From positions 51,328 through 115,327 of the forward strand of contig CAWHWY010000001.1 of the NCBI GenBank assembly GCA_963833155.1: DNA of 64,000 nucleotides. The letters are read 5' to 3'. The notes beneath the pieces were generated by a model. It searched no databases, was not told the origin of the DNA, and saw only the letters and a list, made by a program, of their open reading frames with translations. The stretch is from an uncultured Acidobacteriaceae bacterium (lineage in GTDB: Bacteria > Acidobacteriota > Terriglobia > Terriglobales > Acidobacteriaceae). The position numbers and the translations under genes were made by a program. This document shows, piece by piece, positions 1 through 8,921 of the stretch. The stretch's first letter is position 1. Each line of letters opens with the position of its first letter.

Positions 1-90
1 GACTTCTTCTTCGATCAGAAATCCCGGAAGCCGCACTCGATGGGCCGGGCGTTCTTGGCGATCAGGTGCTGCCATGCTCTGCTTCTTCAC
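1..90 (-). CDS. 5' end (30 codons) of an unidentified ORF running off the left edge
   Basis: GTG at 90 (in-frame ATG at 75), GGAGG 7 nt upstream, 15 nt after the S8 peptidase stop on the same strand. Visible peptide VKKQSMAAPDRQERPAHRVRLPGFLIEEEV. Too short to classify. Confidence 0.3.
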   Translation of the reverse strand, partial: MKKQSMAAPDRQERPAHRVRLPGFLIEEEV

Positions 91-105
91 TGGGCTGCCT
101 CCGAA

Positions 106-975
106 CTAATTGACGGTCATGGCTTCATACGCCGCCCAGGCATCCAGCACGGGCGGCGCGATGGTTCTCCGCGGTCGCCTGCCAGCCTGGGTCACGGCCA
201 GCTTGATTCGGGCGGCGCTGGCGCCGGGAAACTCCGACCAAAGCAAAGCAGTCGCGCCGGTAACGAAGGGCGCTGCCACACTGGTACCGCCAGAGGTCTG
301 GGGCTTGCCATCTGTCCCCAGGCTGGTGATGTTTTGGCCGGGGGCGGCCAATCCCCACCTGCCGATGGAACTTCCCAGGTTCGATTCCGTTGTAGGCTTG
401 CCTTCCAGATCGCAACCGATAACGGCGATCACCCATGGATGACGGGTGATGGCAGAGCTGCCGACCGTTGCCTGGTTTCCCGCCGCCGCGATCACTAGAA
501 CCCCTTTCCTGGCTGCATAATCCAGCGCCTGTTCCAACTGGCGTTCACCCCGCGATGACGGTTGCGCGATTGCGGCACTTAGATTGATCACCTTTGCACC
601 GGCGCTCACGGCATCAGCAATGGCTGTCGCAAGCTCTTCTGGAGTTGCGCTGGGCATCTTTCCATTCGCTGCGGGAGTCTCCGGAAAAATCGGCCGCACC
701 AGAAGAGTGCAATCCGGACAGATGGCTGGCGCTGAAGATCCTCGTCGTGCGGAAAGCATGCCTGCGACGAACGTTCCATGCAGACAGGCAACGCTGTTGG
801 ATAACGCGCAGGAGGCGCTCGGCTTCCCGGGAACTTCACGCATGTTATTGCCGGCAAGGTCCGGATGATCCATGGCGACTGGGCCGTCGATCAAACCGAT
901 CACGATATCTGACCTCCCGCTTGAACGCTCCATGAGGCGATCCAGTTTGATTAGTTCCAGCGGTCCCATTAGCAA
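106..975 (-). CDS. Subtilisin-like serine peptidase (S8 family), apparently cytoplasmic
   Basis: 289-aa ORF with the subtilase triad motifs in order: D in VIGLIDGPV, H in CLHGTFVAG, S in SGGTSVAAPFVTG. No signal peptide or pro-domain visible. Confidence 0.9.
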   Translation of the reverse strand: MLMGPLELIKLDRLMERSSGRSDIVIGLIDGPVAMDHPDLAGNNMREVPGKPSASCALSNSVACLHGTFVAGMLSARRGSSAPAICPDCTLLVRPIFPETPAANGKMPSATPEELATAIADAVSAGAKVINLSAAIAQPSSRGERQLEQALDYAARKGVLVIAAAGNQATVGSSAITRHPWVIAVIGCDLEGKPTTESNLGSSIGRWGLAAPGQNITSLGTDGKPQTSGGTSVAAPFVTGATALLWSEFPGASAARIKLAVTQAGRRPRRTIAPPVLDAWAAYEAMTVN

Positions 976-1321
976 TCTGTCCGTCCTGGCGCGTGTACCC
1001 GTTTAGCCTGTTGCGGAGTCGGGATGCATCGAACTCGCGTTCTTCACCACGGGATGAAGTGGAGGGCGCTGTTTCAGGTATGCCTCCTGCTTGGAGGTGC
1101 AAGGTCGGGCCTGCGGCGCGCAGTCCTAACAGCCTGCGCCTCAGTATCTGATTACCCGGAGAGAAATCGCCTTGACGAAGGGAACCCCAATACTAAACGA
1201 GGCGATGCGGTCGATTATGCACCATGTGGAACCAAAGTCAAGCACAAATCACGGATCCTAACCGTCGCTAAGGAAGCCCTCTAATAAACCGCCGCACCTA
1301 TCCAGGTTGTTGATTCTAAAC

Positions 1322-1339
1322 AAAACCTCCGAGGGGAGG
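1322..1339 (-). terminator. Possible intrinsic terminator downstream of bcp
   Basis: Minus-strand CCTCC-CCTC-GGAGG hairpin followed by TTTT, about 90 nt after the bcp stop. The stem is only 5 bp. Confidence 0.3.
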
Positions 1340-1429
1340 TCAGCAAGGCGCACGCATGCGGTTCCAGCGTGCTGAGCCAGACGTCTTCGCTAGCTGCTCA
1401 GCGCTAGATATTAATTGATTGCTGCCCAA

Positions 1430-1891
1430 TCATCCGCTTTTCTTCACCTGCGCCAACACCTCTTCCGCATGGCCGTCAGGCTTCACGTTTTCGAAGATGT
1501 GCACGATCCTGCCGTCCGGCCCGATGAGAAAGGTCGTCCGCGCGATACCCATCACCTTCCTGCCGTACATGTTTTTCTCTTTGAGGACGCCGAACTTCTT
1601 CGCGACGTCTTTCTTGTCGTCGGCCAGCAAGGTATACGGCAAGTCGTACTTTTCTTTAAACTTGAGTTGTGCCTTCGATGTGTCCGGTGAGATGCCCAGC
1701 ACCACCAAGCCGGCCTTTTGCAATTTGCTGTATGCGTCGCGGAACCCGCACGCTTCAATGGTTCAGCCAGGCGTGTTGGCCCGCGGATAGAAGAACAGCA
1801 CCACGTTCTTGCCGCGGAACTGATCGAGCGAAACCGGGTTTCCGTTCTCGTCGGGCAGGGTGAAGTCGGGAGCTTGCGATTTGATTTCCAT
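1430..1891 (-). CDS. bcp: Bcp/PrxQ-type peroxiredoxin with in-frame TGA (putative selenocysteine) at the peroxidatic Cys position
   Basis: Reading from ATG 1891 gives MEIKSQAPDFTLPDENGNPVSLDQFRGKNVVLFFYPRANTPG-[TGA 1763-1765]-TIEACGFRD..., in frame with the tracked ORF 1430-1723. The TGA is codon 43, where the Prx consensus P-x3-T-P-G-C has Cys. The Bcp resolving Cys lies 5 residues later. Total 153 codons with no other lesion. Confidence 0.8.
1734..1753 (-). promoter_or_regulatory. Candidate bacterial SECIS-like hairpin after the bcp UGA
   Basis: mRNA GCGU-GCGG-GUU-CCGC-(G)-ACGC starts 9 nt after the UGA. It is a 4+4 bp stem with a 1-nt bulge and a G/U-containing apical loop. Folded by eye only. 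Confidence 0.4.
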
Positions 1892-3407
1892 GTCACACTA
1901 TCTATACCGCAAATCGCGCAATCGGGCCATTGCGGTGCTGCTTGTCGGCTTTCTGCTGACCACGATAGCGGCGGCACAGCTTCGCGATCGTACCGAGCAC
2001 CCGCGAGCCGACGAAGGTCAGCCTCAGAGCAGCAAGAAGCCGGCCAAGCGCGGTCCGCGCGCCATCGCCGTGATCGAGTTTCTGCCCAAAGGCGGCGCGC
2101 GCCTGGTTCCGATCGCACTCTGGATGGACGGCCGCTTCTACGACGCCAGCTTCTATGGCGCCAATCCCGCGCCCATGGCGCTGCAGCCCGAGACTCTCTA
2201 CCAAGCTTTGAGTTACGGCGAGCCCACGGGATGGTTCACCGTGACCACGCCCGAGCAGGTCAACGGCAACTGGGTTGCCGAAGGCACGTGGAGGCCACAA
2301 ACCGCCTTCGATATAAAAATGGCCGAGCAAGCGGCGAAGCAGCCAAAGAAGAAGGCGTCATCTCCGATAAACGACGATTCGGGTCCGCCAGTGCTACGCC
2401 GCTCGCCATCCAGCGGCTCCGCCGGACCGGAATCGTCGAGCGGCAACCGGGATAATGCGCCGTCTTCCGGCGAATCCACGAGTTCTACCAGCGCCAGCAA
2501 TCCTTCGTCGAACGATGACGCGGACCGGCCGACGCTGAAGAATTCCACGCCGTCCTCGTCCACTACTTCCTCGCGGCCGACGCTCGGCAGCGACACTTCG
2601 CAGGCCAACGCGCAGACGCCGACAGCGCCCTCGCCACCCACTTCGTCGGCGGACGAAAATGATCCCGACCGTCCAGTCCTGAAGCGTGGTAAGGCAACGG
2701 CGCAGTCGAGCACGAACGCAGCTGCGACCGCCGCTCCAAAGCAAACCTCGAAAGATGCTGCCTCAGGGACAACTGCTGCTCTTGCAATGAAAGGTCCGGC
2801 CGCGACAAATTCTGCTCAACCCGGCCATGCCTATCCCGCAATCTCCGACGCCGGAAACTATGAGACGCGCTCCTTGCTCTTCTCAATGACTCCGGCAGAG
2901 AAGGAAGAGCGCGGACGACCGATGCTGGCGCTGGCGCTGGAGGAGGTCCGCAACTTTGCCAGCAAACGGGCGACAGTAAGTGGGCCCAAGAATCCAGCGA
3001 AGACTCAGGCGAAAACTTCTTCGCGACCGCCGAATTTCGTGGTCACCGATTACGACCTGCGCGCCTTCGATCTGGATTTCAGCAACTCACCCACGCTGGT
3101 GCTGACGGCCAAAGTGCCCGCCACGAGCGCCAAGCCTGCGGGCGGCGGCGAGTTCGATTACTTCGTCACCGTGGTAGCGCGGGTCGACATCAACGGACAG
3201 GCGCAGAAGGTCTTCAGCTCGGTCACCGACAACAACCACCTCGACGCGTTCCCGCGGATGGAAATCATCGACGCCCTCGACGCCGACGCCAACGGCCGCG
3301 GCGATCTGCTCTTCCGCCAGCACTCGGACAGCAGCGTCAGCTACGCGCTGTATCGTGTGTATCCCTACCAGATGGTCAAGATATTCGAGGGCGGAGCGGG
3401 GATGTAA
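1890..3407 (+). CDS. Membrane-anchored hypothetical protein with a long Ser/Thr/Pro-rich linker
   Basis: ATG 1890 (the tracked ORF starts at GTG 1860, inside bcp). N-terminal anchor AIAVLLVGFLLTTIAAA, an S/T/P-rich segment of about 200 aa, and a C-terminal domain with DADANGRGDLLF (FG-GAP/VCBS-like). The start codons of this gene and bcp overlap divergently. Confidence 0.6.
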   Translation: MSHYLYRKSRNRAIAVLLVGFLLTTIAAAQLRDRTEHPRADEGQPQSSKKPAKRGPRAIAVIEFLPKGGARLVPIALWMDGRFYDASFYGANPAPMALQPETLYQALSYGEPTGWFTVTTPEQVNGNWVAEGTWRPQTAFDIKMAEQAAKQPKKKASSPINDDSGPPVLRRSPSSGSAGPESSSGNRDNAPSSGESTSSTSASNPSSNDDADRPTLKNSTPSSSTTSSRPTLGSDTSQANAQTPTAPSPPTSSADENDPDRPVLKRGKATAQSSTNAAATAAPKQTSKDAASGTTAALAMKGPAATNSAQPGHAYPAISDAGNYETRSLLFSMTPAEKEERGRPMLALALEEVRNFASKRATVSGPKNPAKTQAKTSSRPPNFVVTDYDLRAFDLDFSNSPTLVLTAKVPATSAKPAGGGEFDYFVTVVARVDINGQAQKVFSSVTDNNHLDAFPRMEIIDALDADANGRGDLLFRQHSDSSVSYALYRVYPYQMVKIFEGGAGM

Positions 3408-3565
3408 CGGCAGGGCCGAGCTGTTGTCTCTTCGTCGCGTTCCAGCCCTCCGCGCTTTGCCAAACCTAATCTTCTTAACGAACTCGGCACCTTTTGGCCT
3501 TGCCAACGCAATCAAGCGGCTGGACGCGAAAGAGGACATCAACAAGTAGGACGGCTTTTCCAGAA

Positions 3566-4306
3566 CTAGCGGGCCGCAGGCGCTTGCGGCTCGAGTTCTA
3601 CGAGCAGTTCCTTCTCTTCATCCGATTGCAAACGAATGAATGCCGGTCGAGAAGGATCAGACGGATCGCGGTAGAACCAATTCTTGTAGCCGCGGGCGGA
3701 GATTGTCAGAACGAGATATTTTTCCGGTGGAACTATGGCGCCTCTGATCCCTCGGTGGATTGCCTGCCCGCCTGAGGTGCTGCGATTCGGTGCGTCGGAA
3801 TCAAAGATCGTCCAGCTTACCTCAAAATCTATTACGGGCTTTCCTGTGAATTTGTCCGTCACGGTGGGAATTACCCTGCCCGCTTTAGGACCAAGCTTCA
3901 ATACAACTGTCGCCGACCGCTGGTTCGGTGTTAAGGTGACCACTTCGCTTACGCTGGTGCCGGCGAAAGCGACGTAGCCATCTTCCGGCTTTATTGCCTC
4001 GACGCCGATCGTTCCCATCGCTACGTGGTCAATGCGGAATTGGCCCGCTTCATCGGTCGTGGCCGGGCAGCCACCGCGCGATTCTCTAGATCCCGCAGGT
4101 GCGCCCCTCATCCAGGTGCACACTTGCACGCCTTTGAACGGTTGCCCATGTTCATCAAGCACGGTACCGCTGATTGTGCCCTCGGGCTGGGAAGAATTAG
4201 CAGTCTGTGGAAAGGTTGGCAGTGACGCAAGAAGCAAGAGCGTGAGCGCGAGCCACATAGGGCGCATAAGCCGGAATTTTCTTTTTGGCTTCAAGAACGG
4301 CGCCAT
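3566..4306 (-). CDS. Secreted carboxypeptidase-regulatory-like domain protein
   Basis: Signal peptide MRPMWLALTLLLLASLPTFPQ, then GTISGTVLDEHGQPFKGVQVC, typical of CarboxypepD_reg-type beta-sandwiches. Start placed at ATG 4306; alternatives are 4267 or the tracked 4432. Confidence 0.6.
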   Translation of the reverse strand: MAPFLKPKRKFRLMRPMWLALTLLLLASLPTFPQTANSSQPEGTISGTVLDEHGQPFKGVQVCTWMRGAPAGSRESRGGCPATTDEAGQFRIDHVAMGTIGVEAIKPEDGYVAFAGTSVSEVVTLTPNQRSATVVLKLGPKAGRVIPTVTDKFTGKPVIDFEVSWTIFDSDAPNRSTSGGQAIHRGIRGAIVPPEKYLVLTISARGYKNWFYRDPSDPSRPAFIRLQSDEEKELLVELEPQAPAAR

Positions 4307-4428
4307 AGTACACCCGTCTCGCCTGTTCGCGACACTGTGAAACCATTTTTTCATCGGGAACACGTCTCCAGGTCTTCCATCCGCACCAGCGAGTGCTTGT
4401 GCTTGCCGCCGCCCCCGGAATAGTTGCA

Positions 4429-5355
4429 TCACACAACAAGTTGGACGGGCATCGGAACATTTTGGGGAGTGTGTGGGGAACCCAGGCCGTCGGCCGCATG
4501 ATTAACATCGAGATGACCGACGAGTTGGGCCCCACTAACGATGGTGCCAGACCGTTGATCAATTCCCCAAGATCCACTGGAATCTGAATCGGCAGTAAAG
4601 GTACCGAGACCATCCGCCGTCCCCACATCCAACTCATTCTGTGCATTTGCATAGTCGAGCGGAGGCAATGAGCCTCCAGCATAAGTTCCCTGGAACGAGG
4701 CGTTCGAGAACGGGCCGCCAGTTTGCGGTTCCATTGTCCCGAAGATGGAGTTGGAGCCAGTGCCGACGAAGAAGCCCTGGTTCGGGCTCACCAAGAAGCC
4801 CACCGGGGCTCCGCCGCCACCTCCGCTAAGGGTAAGGGCTCCATTGGCAGCCACCGCGTACGTTCCCTGCTGCGGCTGGTTCTGTGTGATGGCGCCCGCC
4901 AGGTCTTCATCCATGGCAACTGTATTCCAGTTGCCGTTGCCGTCGAAGCTGACGATCATGGCACCGGATTGGTCGAGGCCGTCACCGCTATGAATGTCCT
5001 GATAATAGAGAACCGCCGGCCCGTTCAGCGAGCCGTCGTTGAATGACCCGCTCTGCTGCAGCACCGCGCCCGCCAGCAGTGGATTGCTGCTGGGGACCGA
5101 GTCAATTTGCTCCATCAGGAACTCGCCCGCCGAGACCACATAGACTGCCTCATGGCTGGTACCGTTATTGCTTTGGGCCGTGACAGTCGCCCGCCCGGTT
5201 TGCGGATCCACTCCTGACAAGGTGCCGTTGAAAGTGCAAGTGGAGTAATTTCCGCCCTCGTTGATATCGCAGGCCCCGTTCGTGATGGTCCCGGAGGCCA
5301 ATGTGAATTCGCCCACGTTAACCATGCGCATCCCGTTGTTGTCAGCCCCCGTCAT
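4429..5355 (-). CDS. Hypothetical Gly/Asn/Ser-rich protein, 5' end uncertain
   Basis: 308-aa ORF with coding-like composition but no signal peptide or convincing RBS. A G5 run sits at the start, so the true N-terminus may be in another frame. Confidence 0.4.
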   Translation of the reverse strand: MTGADNNGMRMVNVGEFTLASGTITNGACDINEGGNYSTCTFNGTLSGVDPQTGRATVTAQSNNGTSHEAVYVVSAGEFLMEQIDSVPSSNPLLAGAVLQQSGSFNDGSLNGPAVLYYQDIHSGDGLDQSGAMIVSFDGNGNWNTVAMDEDLAGAITQNQPQQGTYAVAANGALTLSGGGGGAPVGFLVSPNQGFFVGTGSNSIFGTMEPQTGGPFSNASFQGTYAGGSLPPLDYANAQNELDVGTADGLGTFTADSDSSGSWGIDQRSGTIVSGAQLVGHLDVNHAADGLGSPHTPQNVPMPVQLVV

Positions 5356-5617
5356 TCCTAAGACGTGCGTTCGAAGACTTCACGAATCGACAGGCCGTAG
5401 GATTAAAGATGAGGAATGCACTATGCGCGGACTGGTAAGGCGGAGTTTTCACGCGTAGCTTGGGGAAACTGCGGCAGATAACGAGACTCCGCTGGGAACG
5501 CCACCGTGAAGACTCGGGGCGGGTAAACCCGCCAGTTCGAACGCTTCCAATCTGCTTCACAAGAACATTGCACAGCGCGCTAAGATAGTCCCACACCCTG
5601 GCGGCCGGAGCAAATGC

Positions 5618-8350
5618 ATGCCGAGATGTTTGTCGTGTGGTTCTGAGGTCACGCAGCCGACTCCGTTCTGCGCCTTTTGTGGGAAGCCTCTGGACACGGA
5701 CCACGCGCAGGAGGTGACCTTTGCTCCCATCGCTCCGGGGGATCCAACCCTGGAAGCCGCTCCGCCTCCTTCACCTCCCAAGGGCCCATCTTCGTCGCGG
5801 CGATCCTCGCTCGATTCCCACTCCGCAGGACGATTTCTGCCGGGAATGATGGTCGCCGCCCGCTACCGGATTGTGGCCTTGCTGGGCCGTGGCGGCATGG
5901 GCGAGGTCTATCGCGCCGACGATCTCACCCTGGGGCAGCCAGTCGCGCTGAAGTTTCTGCCCGCGGCGGTGACCGGCGAATCGACCCTGGAGCGCTTTCG
6001 CAATGAAGTCCGGATTGCGCGCCGCATCTCGCATCCCAATGTCTGCCGCGTATACGACATCGGCCAGGCCGAAGGCCAGGCCTTCTTCTCCATGGAGTAT
6101 GTTGACGGCGAGGACCTGGCATCGCTGCTGCGCCGCATCGGCCGGCTGCCCGGCGACAAAGCCCTGGAGATAGCGCGCAAGATCTGCGCGGGCTTGGCCG
6201 CGGCGCACGACAAGGGCGTGCTACACCGCGATCTGAAACCCGCCAACATCATGCTTGACGGCCGCGGGGAAGTGCTGATTACGGACTTCGGCCTGGCCGG
6301 CATCGCGCACGAGATCGAGGATGTTCGCAGCGGAACGCCTGCCTATATGGCTCCTGAACAACTCGCGGGCAAAGAAGTTACAGCACGCAGCGACATCTAT
6401 GCCCTGGGGCTGGTGCTGTATGAGCTGTTCACCGGCAAGCCGGCGTTCGATGGAAAGACGCTGGACGACATGGTGCGCGTGCGCCGCGTCAGCACGCCTA
6501 ACAAGCCATCCACGTTTGTTCGCGAGATTGATCCCGTAGTCGAGCGGGTCATTTTGCATTGTCTGGAAGCGGAACCGGAAAGCCGGCTGCCCTCAGCGCT
6601 GGCGGTAGCCGCGGCCCTGCCCGGTGGAGATGCACTGGCGGCTGCGCTGGCAGCAGGCGAAACTCCATCGCCGCAAGTAGTGGCTGCGGCGGGTGAGAAG
6701 GCGGGGCTGAAGCCCACCCTAGCTCTTATGTCTCTGGCGATCGCGCTGGTGGGTCTGGTCGTCTACTATGCGCTGTCGGCGGCTACCACCGTCATGTCGA
6801 GAATGGACCTGCCTTACTCAACGGAAGTGCTCTCGCAAAGAGCGCACGACGTGGTGCAGCTGTTGGGTTACTCCAATCCTCCCGTTGACAGCGCCGGTGA
6901 CTACTCCTACAACGACGAGTTCCTGGAGTATTTGGACCACGAAGGCAGTGCACACCCCAATTGGACACAAGTTCTAAAGAACCGGCCAGCCATCCTGACC
7001 TATTGGCATCGCCAGAGTCCCGACTACCTGATCGCCACCGAGTACAAGAGCAACCTGCTCGTTCCCGGAGCGGTTGACCTCGATGATCCTCCCCCGATTC
7101 TGTCGGGCATGGTGCAAGTGTCTCTCGATCCGCAGGGAAGGCTGGTGCATCTGCAGGCCATTCCTCCGCAGAGAGAAAAAGAACCGGGACCATCGAAGCC
7201 CTATGAATGGGCCCAGTTGTTCAGTTTGGCCGGGCTGGATATTAGCCAATTCCAACCCGCGGAGCCGATATGGAATTCGTTGGGCGCTTCCGATGCACGC
7301 GCTGCATGGACGGGAGTTTGGCCGGGCACGTCGCGCGCCTTGCGCGTGGAGGCAGCGAGCTGGCGTGGGAAACCGATCTTTTTCCAACTGGCCGGCGAGT
7401 GGACCGAGCCCGGACGAATGCCGGAAACCGACCAGGGCTCGCAAAAAAGGATGCTTGAGGTGGCGCTCGTCCTCTTTTTGCTAATCTTGCTGGCGGGAGC
7501 TGTCCTACTAGCCCGCTACAACTACCGGCAACAAAGAAGCGACACCCAGGGCGCGTTGCGGCTGGCGGTCGTCATCTTCATCCTGCAGATGGCGATGTGG
7601 CTGTTCACTGGCCACTTCGTGCCCTCCATCGGATTGTTTGGATTATTCGTGCTGGCTGCCAGCGGAGCGCTGTTCCTGGCTGCGGTTTTTTGCGTAGTCT
7701 ATGTGGCCATCGAACCGTATGTGCGGCGGCACTGGCCGCACGCCATCATCTCGTGGAGCCGGCTGATGGCAGGCAGAATCCGCGACCCCCTGGTCGGCCG
7801 CGATGTTCTGTTCGGGGTGATTCTCGGAATCACATGGAGCGTCATTTACGCCATCAGCCATTTGGCTAATCAGCGCATCGGGGCGGAGCCCACCCTGCCA
7901 TCTCCTCCCTTCCTGCTGGGCGCGCGCCAAGTCCTCGGCGCATGCCTGTTTCATCTGGCCATTTCGGTGCAAGCCACGTTGGCTTTTTTCTTCCTCATGT
8001 TTGCTTTTCGTGTGGTTCTTCGCAAGCCCTGGCTGGCCGCGCTCGCCTTCGTCTCCTTCTGGACGTTCATCAAGGTCTACGGTGCCCACCATTTCTGGAT
8101 CGAGGTTCCGGTCCAGATCGCCGTCTATGGGATCGCAGCCTTCGTCGTTCTGCGTTTCGGATTCATCGCGCTTGCCGTCGGCATCTTTACCGCCGACCTG
8201 CTGCTCAATGTTCCGATCACAACCACTGTCTCGGCCTGGTACGCCGGCAGTTCCATCTTTGTGGTTTTGCTGGTCACCGCCATGGCCGTCTGGGGAGCCT
8301 ACACCGCGCTAGCGGGGCAGAAACTGTGGAAGGAACAGCTTTTCGAGTGA
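5618..8350 (+). CDS. Ser/Thr protein kinase with N-terminal zinc ribbon and large polytopic membrane domain
   Basis: CLSCGSEV..CAFCG ribbon. Hanks motifs GRGGMGEVY, VALKFL, HRDLKPANIM, DFGLA, YMAPEQ. One TM near residue 365, an extracytoplasmic segment of about 230 aa, then about 9 hydrophobic helices to the C-terminus. Confidence 0.9.
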   Translation: MPRCLSCGSEVTQPTPFCAFCGKPLDTDHAQEVTFAPIAPGDPTLEAAPPPSPPKGPSSSRRSSLDSHSAGRFLPGMMVAARYRIVALLGRGGMGEVYRADDLTLGQPVALKFLPAAVTGESTLERFRNEVRIARRISHPNVCRVYDIGQAEGQAFFSMEYVDGEDLASLLRRIGRLPGDKALEIARKICAGLAAAHDKGVLHRDLKPANIMLDGRGEVLITDFGLAGIAHEIEDVRSGTPAYMAPEQLAGKEVTARSDIYALGLVLYELFTGKPAFDGKTLDDMVRVRRVSTPNKPSTFVREIDPVVERVILHCLEAEPESRLPSALAVAAALPGGDALAAALAAGETPSPQVVAAAGEKAGLKPTLALMSLAIALVGLVVYYALSAATTVMSRMDLPYSTEVLSQRAHDVVQLLGYSNPPVDSAGDYSYNDEFLEYLDHEGSAHPNWTQVLKNRPAILTYWHRQSPDYLIATEYKSNLLVPGAVDLDDPPPILSGMVQVSLDPQGRLVHLQAIPPQREKEPGPSKPYEWAQLFSLAGLDISQFQPAEPIWNSLGASDARAAWTGVWPGTSRALRVEAASWRGKPIFFQLAGEWTEPGRMPETDQGSQKRMLEVALVLFLLILLAGAVLLARYNYRQQRSDTQGALRLAVVIFILQMAMWLFTGHFVPSIGLFGLFVLAASGALFLAAVFCVVYVAIEPYVRRHWPHAIISWSRLMAGRIRDPLVGRDVLFGVILGITWSVIYAISHLANQRIGAEPTLPSPPFLLGARQVLGACLFHLAISVQATLAFFFLMFAFRVVLRKPWLAALAFVSFWTFIKVYGAHHFWIEVPVQIAVYGIAAFVVLRFGFIALAVGIFTADLLLNVPITTTVSAWYAGSSIFVVLLVTAMAVWGAYTALAGQKLWKEQLFE

Positions 8351-8489
8351 TGTCGCTTCAGAGTTGAGGAACATCCCCCGCCTGGTCTTCAGGCATCGGC
8401 CGGAATAAGTAGTACTTCTCCGGGGATAAAGCTCTCGAAGTGGTAGTGAGGGTGCTCTCGTTCAGAATGATTAGTGACACTCGAATAGA

Positions 8490-8604
8490 GTGTCAGTATG
8501 CAAAGCCGCTGCCCGCAAGTCGTATCAGGGTTTCCTCACCCTTTGGAAAGACGCCGATCCCGATCTACCAGCAAGCCAAAGCCGAGTACGCCAAGCTGCG
8601 CTGA
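8490..8604 (+). pseudogene. Orphan 3' relic of a gene ending ...FLTLWKDADPD / IYQQAKAEYAKLR*
   Basis: About 35 codons in two frames, ending at TGA 8602-8604. This resembles the conserved C-terminal tail I associate with TPR-type proteins of this kind of genome (memory-based). It begins right after the palindrome TGACACTC-GAATA-GAGTGTCA (8475-8495). Confidence 0.35.
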
Positions 8605-8921
8605 AGAAAGTGGATGGTGGTTGGTGGATAGGGGAAAGCACGCCCCTTCGACTCCTCCCAGCCGATTTCGGATGTCCCATTCGGGAAATTTCGGTTATGT
8701 CTTGTTAAACGGGCGCTTTTCCCCTTAGGCCCGGCGAGAGCAACAGAGGAGCCTGATCCGTCTGGCCCAGTGCTCACACGGGATGTGGGGGAGGGGAGGG
8801 GGAATTACCAATCGATATATTCGTCGCAGTCTGGGAAACCCAGCGGAGAGATGGTTGGGTTTAGGGAATAGTACACGGCGGAACGGCACAAACATCCCGC
8901 CTCTGTTGTGGGAGCTTTCGG

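Noticed and set aside
1552-2118. 188-aa minus-strand ORF overlapping bcp
   Set aside because: It is out of frame with the Bcp reading frame, which has clear family motifs. Its composition is Arg/Ser/Trp-rich.
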